A stretch of DNA of 64,000 nt from Vulcanimicrobiota bacterium (GCA_963805945.1 CAWDVP010000002.1:192001-256000); one strand, 5' to 3'. Numbered from the stretch's first letter, positions 10,255-20,983 are shown. Notes: a model not told the origin generated them from the letters alone. Translations and numbers: made by a program.

Positions 10255-11327
10255 GACGCTTTGCGCCGCCGGTGTCGCGGCGCGGCGGGCGGCACGGGCG
10301 GAGGAGATGGCGATGATATCGGCGGCGAGATCTTCAGCACGTAGTCGTTCTGGTCGCCGCCGTACGCGATCCACACGTTGTGCGTCTTCGGATCGACCGC
10401 AAGCGTATGCGCACCGCGCGGGATCGACACGTCGCCGATGCGCCCGAACTCGCCATTGACGTCGCCCAGCACGCTGAGCAGCCCGGTGCCGCTCGCGCAA
10501 TACAGCTTGTTCGCGACGGCGTCGTACGCGATCTGGTCGACGCGCGGCGCGATGTCGAGCGCTTGCGTCACGGCGCCGGTGGTGAGGTCGATCACCGCGA
10601 GCTTGCCATTGGTGCCGGCGCTGAAGAGCCGCTTACCTTTGCCGTCGACCGCCAATCCGCTGGGATCGGTCACCGGCGCGAGCGGCCAGGTGGCGAGGAC
10701 GCTTCTCGTATCGGGGTCGATCACCGCGACGGAGTTGGTCGACCTGATGTTCTGATAGATCTTGTTGCTCACCGGATCGTATTCGAGGACGTCCGGGTCT
10801 TTGGCGATCTGCACGGAGAACTGGAGCAGCTTGTCCGTCTTGCCCTGCACGATCCAGATCTCGTTGCCGTCCGCATGATCCGCGTACAGCCGCCCGCTCT
10901 TGGAATCGAAGGTCATCGCGTCGACCGGGCCATTCACGTAGATGCGTTCGTTCTCGACCAGCCAGTGGCGGTTGAGGGCCGAGATGTAGCCGGCCTCGGT
11001 GCCGACGAAGATCTTGCCGTCGTACTCGTCCACGGCGATGCCGTGGCCCGGGCCGACGTTGATGCGCCGCTCGACCTCGTTCGTGTCGAGGTTGATCACC
11101 AGCAGCTCGTTGCTGCTCGTGTGCACCGCCAGCAGACGCCGGTATTTGGCGTCGATGGTGAGGTAGTCGAATTTCCCGACGGCGCGCGGCACCGGGATCG
11201 GCGTGCCCACGGTCATGATCGGCCGCTCGCTGTCAGCCGACGCGGAGCGAGGATGCGTGGCGGTCGACGCGACGAGCGCGATCGCCAGCGCTGCCAAGGA
11301 GACGATGAGGATGCGGAACGGTTTCAT
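10251..11327 (-). CDS. Secreted YncE-family beta-propeller protein
   Basis: Signal peptide, GKFDYLTID, repeated blade motifs, GAHTLAVDP. Confidence 0.8.
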   Translation of the reverse strand: MKPFRILIVSLAALAIALVASTATHPRSASADSERPIMTVGTPIPVPRAVGKFDYLTIDAKYRRLLAVHTSSNELLVINLDTNEVERRINVGPGHGIAVDEYDGKIFVGTEAGYISALNRHWLVENERIYVNGPVDAMTFDSKSGRLYADHADGNEIWIVQGKTDKLLQFSVQIAKDPDVLEYDPVSNKIYQNIRSTNSVAVIDPDTRSVLATWPLAPVTDPSGLAVDGKGKRLFSAGTNGKLAVIDLTTGAVTQALDIAPRVDQIAYDAVANKLYCASGTGLLSVLGDVNGEFGRIGDVSIPRGAHTLAVDPKTHNVWIAYGGDQNDYVLKISPPISSPSPPPVPPAAPRHRRRKAS

Positions 11328-11340
11328 GGTGCGTCCTTCA

Positions 11341-11366
11341 CGGTCGAATGAATTCGACCGCTCCAT
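11341..11366. repeat. REP-like palindrome, family B
   Basis: CGGTCGAATGAATTCGACCGCTCCAT, near-identical to the copies at 17166 and 25313. Confidence 0.75.
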
Positions 11367-11370
11367 TCGA

Positions 11371-12019
11371 TCAGGAGATCTTCGCCGCCAGGCCGACGCC
11401 GTCGCCCAACGGGAGAATCGTAGCATTCAGCGCCGGGTGGTGCAGAAACTTCTCGTTGAAGGCCCGTATCGCCATGAGTTGACGCCTCGTCGCCCGCGGC
11501 GGGCTTGGCCGCCGCGCTATGGTGCCACAGCAGGTTGTCGACGACGATGAGCCCCGAACGCTTGACCGAGGGGATGACAAGGTCGAGGTAGGCCGAGTAT
11601 TCCTCTTTGATCGCGTCGATGAGCACGATATCGTAGATGTTCTTCGGCAGCCGCCGCAGCATCGACAATGCCGGCTGGTTGATGATCTCGATGCGCTCGG
11701 CCACGCCGGCGCGCGCGAAGAAGCCATGCGCGATCTTCGTGCGCCCCTCATCCGGATCGAAGGTCGTGATCTTGCCGGTCTCGGGCTGCGCACGCGCCAT
11801 CCACAGCGTCGAACAGCCGTAGGCGGTGCCGAGTTCGAGGATGTTGCTCGCGAGCATCGCGCTCGTCAGCACGGAGAGGAAGCGGCCGACTTCGCGGGCG
11901 ACGATCGGGATGCCGTCGCGGTGGCCGAGCTGTTCCAACTCGAGCATGAGCGCGTCGGGTTCGCCTTGGAGCGCGTGAAGGTAGGCGAAATCGCCTTCCA
12001 CCGGATGATCGATCGTCAT
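11371..12019 (-). CDS. Class I SAM-dependent O-methyltransferase (frameshifted)
   Basis: ILELGTAYGCS, YDIVLIDA, GLIVVDNLLW, LPLGDGV. Confidence 0.85.
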
Positions 12020-13093
12020 GCGCGCCTCCGCGGTGCGGTGAGACGGACCGCTCGCCCCGAGCGAGCGGAGCGGCGGGCGGCGTCGAGCACTTCCTGGACA
12101 CGCAGCCCGTCTTCAAACGTGGGGACGCTCGATGGCTTGCCCGCGAGATGGTCGAGCATCTCCGTGACCAGCGTGTAGAACGGGCCGGCAAGGCGATGGC
12201 CGGCCGCGAGCCTGCGCGGAAAGCGCCCGGGCGCCGTCACCGGCACCGGATCGCGGCCGGCGCGCAGCCCGAAGATCTCGCTATCGTCGCGGATGAGGAG
12301 TGCGCCCTTCGAACCGCTGATGAACATCGAGCTGAACTGCGTGTTCGCGGTCGCCGTCAGATCGACCGAGGCGAGCGCGCCGCCCGCCATGAGCAGCTGC
12401 AGCGAGAAGTTGTCGTCCGCGTCCACCGTTCCGGTCGAGCCGTCCGCCTTGCGCCGCTTGCGCACGCGCGTCTGCAGCGTCGCCTTGACCTCGCGCACGT
12501 CGCCCGCCAGCCAGCGGCAATAGTCGATGTAGTGCGAGCCGAGCGCGCCGAGCACGCCGCCGCCCTGGTCCGTGCGCGATTGCCAGCCGTGCTGCAGCGT
12601 GCTGGTCGGATGCATCCAGCCGGTGGCCTCCACGATCATGATGCGCTCGAGATCGCCGAGCCAACCGTCGTCCACCAGCGCTTTGGCGCGCAAGCGGACG
12701 GGGATATAGCGGAACTCGTGATCGAGCATGCCGGCGCGACGCGCCTTGCGCGCCGCCAGGAGCATGCGCCGCGCCTCGGCGACGTTGCGCGCGAACGGCT
12801 TCTCGCACAAGCACGTGCTTGCCGGCACGAAACGCCGCGAGCGCGATCGGGGCGTGCAGGTTCGGCGGCGTCACGATGCTCACGAGGTCGACATCGGGGC
12901 GCGCCACGCAGGCGCGGAAATCGTCGGTGAAATGCGGGATGGCGAACTGGATCGCCGCCGCCTTGGCCCGCTCGAGCGAACCTGAGCACACGGCGACGAC
13001 GGTCGTCTGCGGATGTTCGCGCAGGACCGGCAATTGGACGCGTCCGCCGAACCCCATGCCGACGACCGCGATGCGAAGCGTATCTGCAGCCAC
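12016..13093 (-). CDS. Gfo/Idh/MocA-family oxidoreductase (frameshifted)
   Basis: RIAVVGMGFGG, GKHVL then CEKP, GGGVLGALGSHYID. Confidence 0.88.
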
Positions 13094-13136
13094 GCTTGTC
13101 CGTCTCTCCTGTCGTGCCCGAGCGCAGCTCGGGCGT

Positions 13137-15257
13137 CTAGAGCATCGAGAGCTGTTCGGGCTGGCCGGCCGCGGCTCGCGCATCCGCCGGCACCAGCGCG
13201 CCGAAGCGCGCCACGAAATCGGCGATGCGGCGCACGAGGTATTCGCGATCCTCGTCGTCCGCGTAGTCTTCCGACAGGGCGAGCTCGCCGCCGATCCGCT
13301 GGTAGACCCGCACTTTGTCGCCGACGGCGAGGCCCCTCTCGGCGATCGCGCGCGCGAGGCGCTTGTTGGCGGGCGCGTTGTACGTCTTCGGCGTGATGGA
13401 CTCGCGCCGGCTGAAATCCTCGAGCCGGATGCCGCCGCGCCGCACGGTCTCCACCGCGGCCACGACCTGGGACACGATCTCGTGCTCGCGGCCCTCCAGC
13501 AGCGCGCGCGCGATGCCGGCGAGCAGCGCGCGCCCGAACGGCTCGTCGCGCGCGGAGCGCAGCGCGGAGCCGCGCAGGATGAGCTCGCCGCCGATGCCCC
13601 GCAGCGCGTAGTTCTTCGGCGCAAGCGAGAGCATCGCCGCGTAGCGCTCCTCGAGGACGAGCCGCAGCCCGTCGCCGAGCTCGGCGCCGATCTGCGCCAC
13701 CAACGCGTCGGCGTCGGTGCCGGGCGGCATCTGGAAGAACGCGCCATCGGTGTCGACTTCGATGACGCGGCAGCCGCGCTGGCTCAAGCGGTCGATCATG
13801 CGCTGCATGACCTCGCGGCCGGCTTCGGTGACGCGCCCGGCCGCTGCCGGATCGTTGAAATGCAGCCCGTTCGTGCCCAGGAAGCCGAAGAACGAGTTGA
13901 TGAGGATCTTCAACGCATGCTGCATGCCGTCGGCGGCGAGGTGTCGCCGGTCCTCGCCCGCGGCCTGCGCGGCTTCGGACTCGCGCTTGGCGCGCATGCG
14001 CAGCCCGCGCAACGCATCGAGCATCGGCAAGAACGCATGGAGGTCGTCGTCCTGCGGTTCGATCGCGCGGGCGAGCATGAGCGACGGGTACAGGCTCTCC
14101 ACGTCGCACTTGACGACGTCCGGGAACACGCCGACCTCCAGCACCGCCGCATACGCCCCCTCGATCGGCGCGGTCGCGCGCGGCCGCGGGATGGAATGCC
14201 GGCGCGCCAGGTAGGCGCGCACCATGAGCCGCTCGATGCGGCTGCCGATGCCGACGAACGCGAGCCCCTGCAGCGACTCCGGCACCATCTGGGCCTGGTA
14301 GAACTCGGTCGGCGTCACCAGCCGCGACAATCGATCCGTGTCGCGCGCGTCGTCGAGGCAATACGCCTTCAGTTTGGCGCGCTCGGCGGGGTCGGCCCAC
14401 AGCGCGCGCATGTTCGAGGCGTCCACCAGCGCGCGCTGATCGTCGCCGATGCCGAGATGTCGCACGACGTGCTTCAGTTTGTAGTTGGGCAAGCGGCGCG
14501 CGACGTCCCAGCGCATCACGCCGAAGAACGTGTCGATGATCTGGCGGCCCGGGATGCGGTAGTATTTCGCGACCATGCCGTTGGGCACGCTGCGGCGGAT
14601 GCTGTCGTCGAGGGTCATGTGCCCGCCGTCTCGGCCCAGCACGAGCGGCACGCCGGCGCGCCGCGCGCGTTCCGTCAGATACCAGAGATCGAAATTGAAG
14701 ACGTTGTGGCCTTCGATGACGTCGGGGTCGCGTTCGACGACGACGCGGACGAATTCCGCGATGAGCGCGGCCTCGCTGACGAAGTCGTCGAGCGCGAGCA
14801 CCCGCTCGAAGCCGCTCGAGTCGTGCACGGCGATCAGGCAGATGGCGCCATCAGGCCGGTCGGGATAGATGTCGAGCGTCTCGAGATCGAACTGCAGCCG
14901 GCGCAGCTGTTCGAACGGCAGGTTGCGATAGAACGTGTCGCCGCTGCTCACCAGGTGCGATGCCACGGGGTCTAGGTAGACGAGGCGCTGGTCGCTGGCC
15001 AGCGAGCGCGCGAACTCCACCGCCCGTCCGCCGCGCGTGAGCAGCAGGTGGCGCAGCGGATGCCGGCCCGCCAGCTCGATGCTGTCGTCCATGGTCTTGC
15101 GCGCCAGCACCCACGACTGCAGAGGGACGCTGTGGCGCTCGAGCTGCGCACCGACGCGCCGGTAGAGGGTCGCGTTGCCCGCGACGCTATCGGTCTCCAG
15201 GGCGACGATGCCCTCGATACGGCCCGCGCCGTATATCAGATCGTTGTTGCCGTCCAC
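13137..15257 (-). CDS. Family B DNA polymerase with 3'-5' exonuclease domain
   Basis: ExoI FDLET, ExoII HNVFNFD, ExoIII YCLDD. Polymerase motifs DVESLYPS, KILINSFFG, DTDG. Confidence 0.9.
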   Translation of the reverse strand: MDGNNDLIYGAGRIEGIVALETDSVAGNATLYRRVGAQLERHSVPLQSWVLARKTMDDSIELAGRHPLRHLLLTRGGRAVEFARSLASDQRLVYLDPVASHLVSSGDTFYRNLPFEQLRRLQFDLETLDIYPDRPDGAICLIAVHDSSGFERVLALDDFVSEAALIAEFVRVVVERDPDVIEGHNVFNFDLWYLTERARRAGVPLVLGRDGGHMTLDDSIRRSVPNGMVAKYYRIPGRQIIDTFFGVMRWDVARRLPNYKLKHVVRHLGIGDDQRALVDASNMRALWADPAERAKLKAYCLDDARDTDRLSRLVTPTEFYQAQMVPESLQGLAFVGIGSRIERLMVRAYLARRHSIPRPRATAPIEGAYAAVLEVGVFPDVVKCDVESLYPSLMLARAIEPQDDDLHAFLPMLDALRGLRMRAKRESEAAQAAGEDRRHLAADGMQHALKILINSFFGFLGTNGLHFNDPAAAGRVTEAGREVMQRMIDRLSQRGCRVIEVDTDGAFFQMPPGTDADALVAQIGAELGDGLRLVLEERYAAMLSLAPKNYALRGIGGELILRGSALRSARDEPFGRALLAGIARALLEGREHEIVSQVVAAVETVRRGGIRLEDFSRRESITPKTYNAPANKRLARAIAERGLAVGDKVRVYQRIGGELALSEDYADDEDREYLVRRIADFVARFGALVPADARAAAGQPEQLSML

Positions 15258-15350
15258 TGCTTCGAGCGTTCTGCCAGGCTTAGGCCCGTTCTTCTATCGC
15301 AGGCGACGGCAAAACGCGAGCGGAACGCTCCTCCTCGATTGGAGAACGGC

Positions 15351-16463
15351 ATGAGACGTACGATCATCGCATGTATGTTGTCGGCGTTCGTCGCGCTTGC
15401 GACGTCGTCGGCCCAGCCCGCGCGGGCAGATGACCTGAGCACGTCCGGCGTCTTGCGAAGGCTCGTGACCTCGTATGGCGTGAGCGGCTACGAGGGTCCC
15501 GTGCGCCACGACATCGAGAGCATGCTGCCCGCCTGGGCACATCCGAAGACCGACGCGATGGGCAACCTCATCCTCGAGGTCGGCCACGGCAAGCCGTCGA
15601 TGCTGTTCATCGCCCACATGGACGAGATCGGCTGGGACGTCACCGGCATCACGCCCGACGGCTACCTGCGGGTGACGCCGGTCGGCGGCTTCTTCGCCGA
15701 CACGTTCTACGGCCGCTACGTGCTCGTCCACACGGAGCACGGCGACGTGCCGGGTGTCGTCGCGACGAAATCCATCCATCTAACCGGGCGCGGCGAGGCG
15801 CCGCCACCGCTCGGCCCGAGCACGATGTACATCGACGTCGGCGCGTCGTCGCGCGCGCAGGTCGAGAGCCTCGGCATCCGGCTGCTCGACTCGGTCACCA
15901 TCAAGAAGGAGCTCTACCAGCTCGCGTACGGGCGCTGGGCGGCGCGTTCGATGGACGATCGATTCGGCTGCACGTCGCTGCTGCTCGCGGTGCGCAAGCT
16001 CGACCCGGCCCACGTGCAGGGTACCGTCACTTTCGTCTGGTCGGTGCAGGAAGAAGTCGGCACGCGCGGCGCGCGCGCGGTGTCGGTCTCGCGCCACCCG
16101 GACTTCGTCTTCCCCGTGGATATGTTCACCACGTCGGACTCGCCGCTTGAGTCACCGCGGACGGCATATGCGCCGCTCGGCAAAGGCGCGGTCATGCGCG
16201 CGCTCGACGAGAGCAATATCAGCCCGGCGGAATGGAACCGCAAGATCCTCGCCTGGGCGCAATCGCGCGGCCTGCCGCTCCAGATCGGCGCGACCGGCGG
16301 CGGCAACGATGGCGAGAACTTCTGGAGCGAGACGACGTACGTGATCCCGTTCGGCATCCCCATCCGCTATTCGCATTCGATGGAGGTCATCGAGCTGTCC
16401 GATCTCGACGACATGGCCAAGATCGTCGAGGGCCTCGCGACGGACGCCGCTTGGCGTAACTAG
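15351..16463 (+). CDS. M42-family metallo-aminopeptidase with N-terminal signal peptide
   Basis: VSGYE, AHMDEIG, DDRFG, VQEEVG, RYSHS. Confidence 0.85.
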   Translation: MRRTIIACMLSAFVALATSSAQPARADDLSTSGVLRRLVTSYGVSGYEGPVRHDIESMLPAWAHPKTDAMGNLILEVGHGKPSMLFIAHMDEIGWDVTGITPDGYLRVTPVGGFFADTFYGRYVLVHTEHGDVPGVVATKSIHLTGRGEAPPPLGPSTMYIDVGASSRAQVESLGIRLLDSVTIKKELYQLAYGRWAARSMDDRFGCTSLLLAVRKLDPAHVQGTVTFVWSVQEEVGTRGARAVSVSRHPDFVFPVDMFTTSDSPLESPRTAYAPLGKGAVMRALDESNISPAEWNRKILAWAQSRGLPLQIGATGGGNDGENFWSETTYVIPFGIPIRYSHSMEVIELSDLDDMAKIVEGLATDAAWRN

Positions 16464-16474
16464 TGTGCCGGACC

Positions 16475-16551
16475 ATGTAGGGGCCGATCTTTAGATCGGC
16501 CCTCCTGTTCGCGGCGTAGGCAAGGGCCGATCTAAAGGTCGGCCCCTACAT
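16475..16551. repeat. Inverted doublet of family A GTAG-type REP palindromes (REPIN-like)
   Basis: ATGTAGGGGCCGATCTTTAGATCGGCCCT (16475-16503) and its inverted partner AGGGCCGATCTAAAGGTCGGCCCCTACAT (16523-16551), between convergent genes. Confidence 0.8.
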
Positions 16552-16561
16552 ATCTCGCGCG

Positions 16562-17140
16562 TTATTTCGTGCAGTCGAGTTTGACGCGGAAGCTCGGGTG
16601 CTTGGTCGTGTAGCCGGGCTGCCCTTCCGCCACGTGCTGCGCCTGCATCTTCGGATCGATGATCCACAAGAACTTCGTCGGCTTGCTCACCTCTGATTGC
16701 TTCGTACCGCTCGGGTACCAGAAGGTCAGCTCGTGCTTGAACGCCGCCGCCTGGGGAAAGGTGTGATAGGTGATCTTCTGCGCGTCCAAGGTGCCGGTCG
16801 TCGTCGCGTCGACATCGAGCGTCGTGTCGTCGGCGAAGCCGAGCGAGAAGCTCTGCGAGCCGGTGTACGAAGGCGTATAGTCACTGCGAGTCGTGCCGTT
16901 GCGCACCTCGACCAGCACGCCCCAGCCGAACATCCCCGGCATGCCCGGGTCGCTGAGCGACTCCACGGAATCGACCTTGAGCCGCCAGATGCCGTCGAAG
17001 AGCCACTCATTCATGCAGCCCTCGACCGCATCGGTCTGCTTCGCGCCGCCGGGCGGCGGCGTGGAGGATGCCGCATGCACCTGCGGACTCACGGCCACGC
17101 ATGCGAGAAAGACGAAAGCGATGATGGCGATCCGACGCAT
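16562..17140 (-). CDS. Hypothetical secreted protein
   Basis: Signal peptide ending VHA, SD AAGGAG, clean 192-aa ORF. Confidence 0.75.
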   Translation of the reverse strand: MRRIAIIAFVFLACVAVSPQVHAASSTPPPGGAKQTDAVEGCMNEWLFDGIWRLKVDSVESLSDPGMPGMFGWGVLVEVRNGTTRSDYTPSYTGSQSFSLGFADDTTLDVDATTTGTLDAQKITYHTFPQAAAFKHELTFWYPSGTKQSEVSKPTKFLWIIDPKMQAQHVAEGQPGYTTKHPSFRVKLDCTK

Positions 17141-17165
17141 TGGAAGTCTCCTTAGTCACAAGCGG

Positions 17166-17192
17166 GCGGTCGAATAAATTCGACCGCTCCAT
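17166..17192. repeat. REP-like palindrome, family B
   Basis: GCGGTCGAATAAATTCGACCGCTCCAT. Confidence 0.75.
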
Positions 17193-17206
17193 AGAAGTTG
17201 GTCAAA

Positions 17207-17229
17207 CCCGAGCTTCGCTCGGGCACTAC
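17207..17229. repeat. REP-like palindrome, family C
   Basis: CCCGAGCTTCGCTCGGGCACTAC, with copies at 33710 and 52995. Confidence 0.7.
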
Positions 17230-17239
17230 GAATACTTTC

Positions 17240-18300
17240 TTAGTGGCGGGGCGTCAGCATCGGCATCGGCGTCGGCGGCGGGGCGGGCGGAGAAGCGAGC
17301 GCTGCGCCGCTCGCCGCGGGCAGCGGCACCGGCGGCAGGCTGACCTCTGGCACCGGCGTCGGCGTCACGAGCGGCGTGATCGGGCTGCTGAAGACGTTGT
17401 CCGTCGGCCCCGGATGCGCTAACGGATATGGCGCACCCGAACTGAACACGTTCGTGTCGGGCGCCCCGGGGTGGAACACATCGGGCGGTGCGACGTTCGG
17501 CGCGGGTGCGACGCCCGCGATGTAGCGCGCAAGCCGCAACGTGTAGCTCGCGCTGAGCGTGTAGGAGCCGGGCGCGCCATGTTCTCCCAGCGCATTGCCG
17601 CGCCCGGTCACGGTGAACGTGGATCCCAGCAGCAAGCGCTGCGACAGATCGATGAACGAAACGCCGTTCGCCGTGCCGGCGCCGCGCAGCGCGACGCGGC
17701 CGAATCCCGGCACGGTCACGCGTCCGCTCGCGTCCATCGCGCCGATCGGACGCCACCTGCAACACCGTCGGATCGAAGTTCCAGTTCGTCGCGGTGTGCG
17801 CGAGCTGCAGCGTCACGGCGCCGGACGGCAGGTCGAGCTCGCCCTGCGTGCTCCACCTGCTGCCTTCCGCAAGATCCTGCGGCGGCGCGCCGTTGATCAC
17901 CAACACGGCGGCGGTGAGATCGCCTGCGCCGCCCGCCATCGTGAGCGTGCCGTCGGCCGCCACGCTCGGACTCGGCGGCGCCGCTTCGTCCGCCGCGTTG
18001 CTCGGCTGTGCGCCGGGGCGCCGTGCGCTCGTCGCGACCGCGAGCACCGTGACGCCGTTGTCGCCGTAGCCCTCCACCGTGAGCGCCGTGCTGCTGCCGT
18101 CGGTCCGCTTCAGCGTGCGCGTGACCACTGCGCCGTCGCTGCCGCGTAGGCTGATCGTCAGCGTCTCGCTGCGATCGACACGATACACCTGTTGCTCGCC
18201 GAGCCCGAAGATGCGGTTCGGAAGAAAGACGGTCGCGTTCGTCGAGGCGCCGAGACACGCGACGGCGCTCGCGCCGACGAGCGCGCACGCGACGAGGCAT
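17240..18300 (-). CDS. Hypothetical secreted protein with Pro-rich C-terminus (frameshifted, start uncertain)
   Basis: ORFs 17226-18356 and 17240-17737 join into a beta-rich protein with a Pro-rich tail. Confidence 0.55.
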
Positions 18301-18315
18301 CCGGAAAGCTGTTTG

Positions 18316-19188
18316 CTAGAGACTCGGAGTGACGGTCGGGTACGGCGAAGCCTCATACTGGGTTGGTACTGCCGCGGGCACCGGTACTCCCGTGTCCTCA
18401 GCCGCCGGCGGCGGGCTCGGCGAGGCTTCGACCGGCGCAGGAGCGCCGCGCGTGAACGTGCGCAGCACGACCGTCACCAGCGCGGTCGCATCGGTGCTGT
18501 TCTTCGAGGCCTTCTCCGAGATGACGCTGTCGCTGCGGACCGCTTGCCCGACGATGATGCCGTCGCGCTGATCGTAGTAGTACGTCCCCGCCAAGCTGAC
18601 GCTCGCCTCGATGGGCGCGCTGTCGTCCGCATACGCGCCGCCGCCTGTCGTCTGCACCACGAACGTCGGCAGGCCCTGGTAGACCTGCTGGCCGCGCGTC
18701 TGGCGGTTCAACGCGATCGTCATCGGATAGCTGTCCGCCGCGATCGACCAGCGCCAGGTCGGATTCGCCTGCAGATCCCGACCGGCGAGATCGCGCACGC
18801 TTGAATTCGCCAGCGCGATGTTCTGATCGAGCAGCGGGTCGATGCTCGCCGCCGGCTTGATCTCACCGGCGGGCGTGACGGTCACCGCCACGGTCTTGCG
18901 CAAGAAGACCGGCGCGCCGCGCGCGTAACCCAACATGTCCACGCTCAAGTTGCCGTGCGCGGTGCCGTCGGCATCGACCGCGACGACGTCGAGCGTCTCC
19001 GTGCCCATGCCGGTGCTGGTGTCGGTTTGGCCGCCACCGCGCGCAGCCGCCGCGTGCTCTTCCACTTGGACCGTCACGTCATAGGTAAGCCGGTCGCCCG
19101 CCCGCAAGTGCTGGCTGTCGGCGAGCGAGGGAATCGCAAAGGCGGCGATGGCGCAGCAGGCCGTGAGCGCCGCGGCACGATGGCTCAA
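18316..19188 (-). CDS. Hypothetical secreted protein
   Basis: Signal peptide, SD GGAGGG, beta-strand-rich body, Pro-rich tail. Confidence 0.7.
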   Translation of the reverse strand: MSHRAAALTACCAIAAFAIPSLADSQHLRAGDRLTYDVTVQVEEHAAAARGGGQTDTSTGMGTETLDVVAVDADGTAHGNLSVDMLGYARGAPVFLRKTVAVTVTPAGEIKPAASIDPLLDQNIALANSSVRDLAGRDLQANPTWRWSIAADSYPMTIALNRQTRGQQVYQGLPTFVVQTTGGGAYADDSAPIEASVSLAGTYYYDQRDGIIVGQAVRSDSVISEKASKNSTDATALVTVVLRTFTRGAPAPVEASPSPPPAAEDTGVPVPAAVPTQYEASPYPTVTPSL

Positions 19189-19232
19189 GAGTCCCCTCCC
19201 CGATGTGTGTGCGGAGCGAGTATACTACTCTT

Positions 19233-19871
19233 ATGGTCAATCGGACGTTTGCCGCTCGATACTTCGCGGCGGCCTTGTACGGCGCTGTGACTTCGCTCAC
19301 TCTGGCATTGCTGTCATCGGCCTCGCCAGCAGGCGCGGCACAGGCGGATGACGGCTACGCGACCCCGTTCGCGCAGGCGGTTCGCACCGCCACAGCCCCG
19401 TATCGCCTGGCGCTATGGGCGCGCTCCGACAAATACATCCAATCCACCGACTATCTACCCGCGCTGGGCGCGATGTACACGAACCACGATCGCTTCAACC
19501 CGGCGGACCTCGGCCATCCGAGCATGCTCGTCTATGACGAGGCTGGCCGGCTCGTCGCCTGCGGCTATCAATTCACGCCCGGTGCGACGGTGCCGGCCGA
19601 GTTCGCCTCGGTGCCCGCAACCGCGTGGTACGAGATCCCCAAGCACGTGCATTACATCGTCAAGCAGGCGGGCGTGATGCATTACGGTCAGGCGCCGTGG
19701 GAGACGGACGAGAAACCGACCGCAGCGGCGCTGCGCGCGCACGGCTTGCTGCCGCCCGACGCGACATTAGAAGAAGCGTTCATCCATCCGGCGACGCGCG
19801 CCATCCTCGTGTGGGCATGGCTGCCCAACGCCGACGGTCTCTTCGCAGGCGAGAACGCGCTACTGCCTTAG
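19233..19871 (+). CDS. Hypothetical secreted protein
   Basis: Signal-like N-terminus and PSMLVYDEAGRLVACGY motif. Confidence 0.65.
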   Translation: MVNRTFAARYFAAALYGAVTSLTLALLSSASPAGAAQADDGYATPFAQAVRTATAPYRLALWARSDKYIQSTDYLPALGAMYTNHDRFNPADLGHPSMLVYDEAGRLVACGYQFTPGATVPAEFASVPATAWYEIPKHVHYIVKQAGVMHYGQAPWETDEKPTAAALRAHGLLPPDATLEEAFIHPATRAILVWAWLPNADGLFAGENALLP

Positions 19872-20983
19872 GTGACTTTTTCGAGGCGCGGATTGGGGCG
19901 GTACGGCCGCCCGACCTTGTGGCACTCCACCATCGCGCCCTTCTTCTCGACGAGCGCTATGTCGGCGGTGAAATCGAAGATGCCGCGGAACAGCGCGGAG
20001 CCGACCGCGTAGGCGTCGACCGGGATCTTGCGCTCTTCGAACTGCGTGATCTTGGCGACGTCGAAACCGCCCGATGCGATGATTTTGACCCAATGGAAGC
20101 CCGCATCGTCCAAGCCGCGGCGCACGTTGAGCACGAGCTCCGGATTGACGCCCGTCGGCCGGAACGTGCCCATCGAATGCCACAGGCTCTTGTCCACCAG
20201 CGTCTCGGACGTGTCGAGGCGCACGCCCCACAGCCGAGTGCCGAGTTTCGCTGCGACCGCTTTCGACGTCTCGACGCAGTCGTTGTCGAAATCCACCAGC
20301 GAGATGACGTTGATCGACGGATCGATGTAGTCGGCGAACTTCTGCGTCGCGAGCACGGTGTCGCCGCCGTATGCTGCGATGAGCCCGTGCGGCACGGTGC
20401 CGACGCCTTTGCTGCCCCACCATTCCGCCTGCGCGTCGGTGCTCACGCCGAGCGCGCCGCTCACGTATGCGGCGTAGCCGTCGCCGGTCTGCACGAGATG
20501 GTGATCGAAACGCGCTGGGAAGAACAGCACGTTCTTGCCGTTGGCCGCGGCGACGACCGCGCTCGTGTTGGTCGCGACCTTGGTGCGCCGCGTCAGCACG
20601 CCGAGATAGTCGGTCTCGAGATGCGCGAAGAGCGAATAATCGCCGCTGATGGTGAGCGCCACTTCGTACGGCGAGATCCGGTCGCCGTCGTAGAGCGCGC
20701 GCACGTCGAGCTGCGACCAGCCGTCCTCCCACGAGCCGTCGGCCCGGCGCCGGCCGCTGCACAGCTTGAGGATCGCGATCGCCTCGTCGATGCCGCACAG
20801 CACGGCGTCCTGCTTGCCGAACACCTGCATGAGCACGCGCGGGTGGTGGTGGTCGCTCTCGAGGATCTGCACGACGCGATTGAAGTAGGTGTCCGAATAG
20901 TAGCCGTCGCGCATCTTATCGACGGGCAGATGCAGGATCGCCGGGTCGAGCCGCTTGCCTTTCGGCGGTGCTTGCGTTGCCAT
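19868..20983 (-). CDS. pncB: Nicotinate phosphoribosyltransferase (type II PRTase)
   Basis: YSDTYF, GTVPHGLI, GVRLDTS, IIASGGFD, AVGS. Confidence 0.75.
   Translation of the reverse strand: MATQAPPKGKRLDPAILHLPVDKMRDGYYSDTYFNRVVQILESDHHHPRVLMQVFGKQDAVLCGIDEAIAILKLCSGRRRADGSWEDGWSQLDVRALYDGDRISPYEVALTISGDYSLFAHLETDYLGVLTRRTKVATNTSAVVAAANGKNVLFFPARFDHHLVQTGDGYAAYVSGALGVSTDAQAEWWGSKGVGTVPHGLIAAYGGDTVLATQKFADYIDPSINVISLVDFDNDCVETSKAVAAKLGTRLWGVRLDTSETLVDKSLWHSMGTFRPTGVNPELVLNVRRGLDDAGFHWVKIIASGGFDVAKITQFEERKIPVDAYAVGSALFRGIFDFTADIALVEKKGAMVECHKVGRPYRPNPRLEKVT

Noticed and set aside
12819..14975. Long antisense ORFs (e.g. 718, 746 and 550 aa)
   Set aside because: Shadow ORFs opposite real high-GC genes.
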